A stretch of DNA of 64,000 nucleotides, from the NCBI RefSeq assembly GCF_038025025.1, contig NW_027117347.1:1302001-1366000 (forward strand), in the 5' to 3' direction. This DNA comes from Phyllosticta citribraziliensis (lineage: Eukaryota). Each line of letters opens with the position of its first letter. The stretch's first letter is position 1. The notes below the pieces were generated by a model that made no database searches, was not told where the DNA came from, and saw only the letters and a program-made list of their open reading frames with translations. The translations under genes were made by a program, and so were the position numbers. Shown one piece after another: positions 62,101 to 64,000 of this stretch.

Positions 62101-62700
62101 ATATTAGCGTGCTTAGTATTATAGTCCTTATACCCTTAGCTAGAGCCTCTTCTATACGTTCCTATTCTGTAACTACCAGGCAATTCTCTAGGAATAATTT
62201 AGTATAGGCGGTATTAACTCATTCTAAGGCTTACTAGAAAGTGGCCTGGTTTATACCTCCTATAGAATCCTAACGCACTAGATAATCTAGGCGCCTTTAA
62301 GATGCCTTAGCTTAATAAGTAGACACTCCCACGCTGCCTAGGGGCTTAAATATTTCTATAAGGAGGTTAATATAAGTCCTTACTACTAGGGTGATCTGTT
62401 TAAGCTATTACTTATATTTACTATAATAAAGGAAGGCCTTAAGCTGCTAGGTAGATAGTATATCCTCTTCTAAAACTAATATAGTAAACTTATTATTTAG
62501 GGACCGTGTTGCGGACGGTTCCTTATACTAGTACTAAGCATTAAAGGGAGGGGTAAGCGTAGTAGAAGTAAGGGTCCTACTATAACGACGCTAGTACTAG
62601 GTTATATAAGAAGGGAGATCCTTACTAGGCGCTATATAGAAGTGTATTATTAGCTATTTTAAGGAGATCTTCCTAGGTTTTAGTAGAAGTAGACTTATAG
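59105..62700 (-). pseudogene. RIP-damaged gag with probable long Pro-rich N-terminal extension; start uncertain
   Basis: DNISYFNPNL...GKVLYCAIE*FIN (=DDIGYFDP-type gag motif, ~60470-60580) in a frame offset from pol. The upstream ~2 kb translates as low-complexity Pro/Ser-rich sequence. Confidence 0.6.
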
Positions 62701-62790
62701 TATTTACGCGTCAGCAGTGATAAAGGTCCTAGATACAGGGGGGATGCTATAGTAAAAGGAAGTGCTATAGCGCTTTTAGCTACTAAATAA

Positions 62791-62963
62791 TATTATAAGT
62801 TTAGTTAGGACGTCTTTTTTTAAGTAAGGATTATATTATTATTATCTCTATCTTAGCCCTAGGGCCCTACTTATTCTTATCTACTTACTTATACTGCTAA
62901 GCCTACTAGCTAGTACCTGCCTTACTTACCTAAGGCGTCCCTAACTATCCGCAGACTGCGACA
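62791..62963. repeat. Right LTR (5' LTR relative to gag-pol)
   Basis: Ends in unmutated TGCGACA followed by the TSD CCTAT. Confidence 0.93.
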
Positions 62964-62968
62964 CCTAT

Positions 62969-64000
62969 CTATAACCTACTTAAGGGATATTCTAAGTAGA
63001 AGACTATAAAGATAGTATAGCTAAGAATAAAGCTAATATATCTAGTACTACTAAAGGTATTAGTACTAGTTAATTAACTTAATAAGATTTATATAAAGGG
63101 ACTAAAGATTTATATAATACTAGATACTTATTAAATAATAATAAGAGAGGACCTACCCCTATTCTCCTATATAATTTTTACTTAGTCTTAGTAGTAGAGG
63201 TAAAAGAATATACCTAAGACCTAGGGTTAACTTATATAGTTTAAGCTCTAGTTATAGAGGCATTTATAAAGGTACTATACTTAGATATTAATTAATTTAA
63301 ATCTAAGATTATATCCTTAAATAAGTCTTAAGTATAGTAGTAACTAAACTATATATAAAGGTAGAACTAGGCTCTTAAGTAAATACTCTTAAACTATACT
63401 AATAGACTTAGAGAAGTTCTAAGGGAAGGATATATTAGGCCCTCTTTATTAGCTTAGTACCTAAGACCTATTACCCTCTCTTAAGATCCTTCTACCTATA
63501 TAAGAGAAACTACTACTAAAACCTCTACTTTATCTTTAAGTAGTAAGAAATACTAAAGTAGTAAGGTTCCTAATCCTCCTCTTCTTACTAATAGAAAAGA
63601 CCCCTTATATAAATACTAGACCCTCCTTATATAAAATAAAATTAAATAAAACTATAATTACTTTACTAAAGATATAGTAGAGGAGACTAAATAGAATATT
63701 ATAGGTTATATTATTTCCTATATTAGTAGAGAAGTCTTATATTACCTAACTCCTTTCCTTACTTCTTATATAAAGGCTAATAAAGTTACTTTAAATAAGG
63801 ATATCTTTAAATTCCTAGATAACCTCCTCTAAAGTCTATATAAATATAAGGATATAAAGAAGTAGTTATACTCTCTTATATACTATATCCCTATAGACCT
63901 TTAGAAGTTTTAATTAAACTTTATATAATTAGCCTTAAATATAGATCTTCCCTAAGAATAGTAGAAAGAGGACTTTTATAATATAATAGATCCTCTTCTT
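62969..64000 (+). mobile_element. RIP-damaged host LTR retrotransposon (gag region), interrupted by the chromovirus and continuing beyond the window
   Basis: From 63563: KVPNPPLLTNRKDPLYKY*...NKIK*NYNYF...YIISYISREVLYYLTP, the RIP product of the fungal gag motif K.PDPP.LTDGKDP..E.W...K...N.DHF...Y..SR..GEA..HL.P. Its 5' part is presumably ~50500..51181. Confidence 0.7.

Larger units (their letters stand above)
51182..62963 (-). mobile_element. Full-length Ty3/Gypsy chromovirus LTR retrotransposon (11,782 bp), RIP-inactivated
   Basis: Direct 173-bp LTRs at 51182..51354 and 62791..62963, with CCTAT on both flanks (51177..51181 and 62964..62968). Domain order on the minus strand is gag-PR-RT-RH-IN-chromodomain. 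Confidence 0.93.
49000..64000. other. AT-rich, RIP-mutated repeat block
   Basis: Abrupt loss of long ORFs, very high TpA content, scarce CpA/TpG, and protein motifs recognisable only after reversing C>T/G>A changes. Confidence 0.95.

Overview
Filamentous ascomycete (Pezizomycotina; Dothideomycete-like by inference) genomic DNA with two compartments. Bases 1 to ~48,900 are GC-balanced and gene-dense, with short GT-AG introns. They carry UTP20 (5' part), a CwfJ/CWF19-like gene, an Ariadne RBR E3 ligase, eIF2B-epsilon, SKN7 head-to-head with a PRX5/AHP1-type peroxiredoxin, a DNMT5 methyltransferase-SNF2 fusion, a SesB-like/NB-ARC/TPR fungal NLR, a peroxisomal flavin amine oxidase, proteasome beta5, an Inp1-like gene, two low-complexity hypothetical genes and two BTB + C-terminal zinc-ribbon paralogues. 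From ~49,000 to the end the DNA is AT-rich and heavily mutated by repeat-induced point mutation (RIP). The first casualty is a third BTB/zinc-ribbon paralogue that decays along a visible gradient. Behind it is a complete 11.8-kb Ty3/Gypsy chromovirus (173-bp LTRs, CCTAT target-site duplication) nested in another LTR element. This element is the most unusual object here: it has an extra ~970-codon ORF downstream of pol, an AT-hook-like motif after the chromodomain, and a PBS-like 12-mer in inverted orientation inside both LTRs instead of a clear PBS/PPT pair. All translations of RIP-damaged DNA and all intron boundaries were done by eye; no database searches were run.
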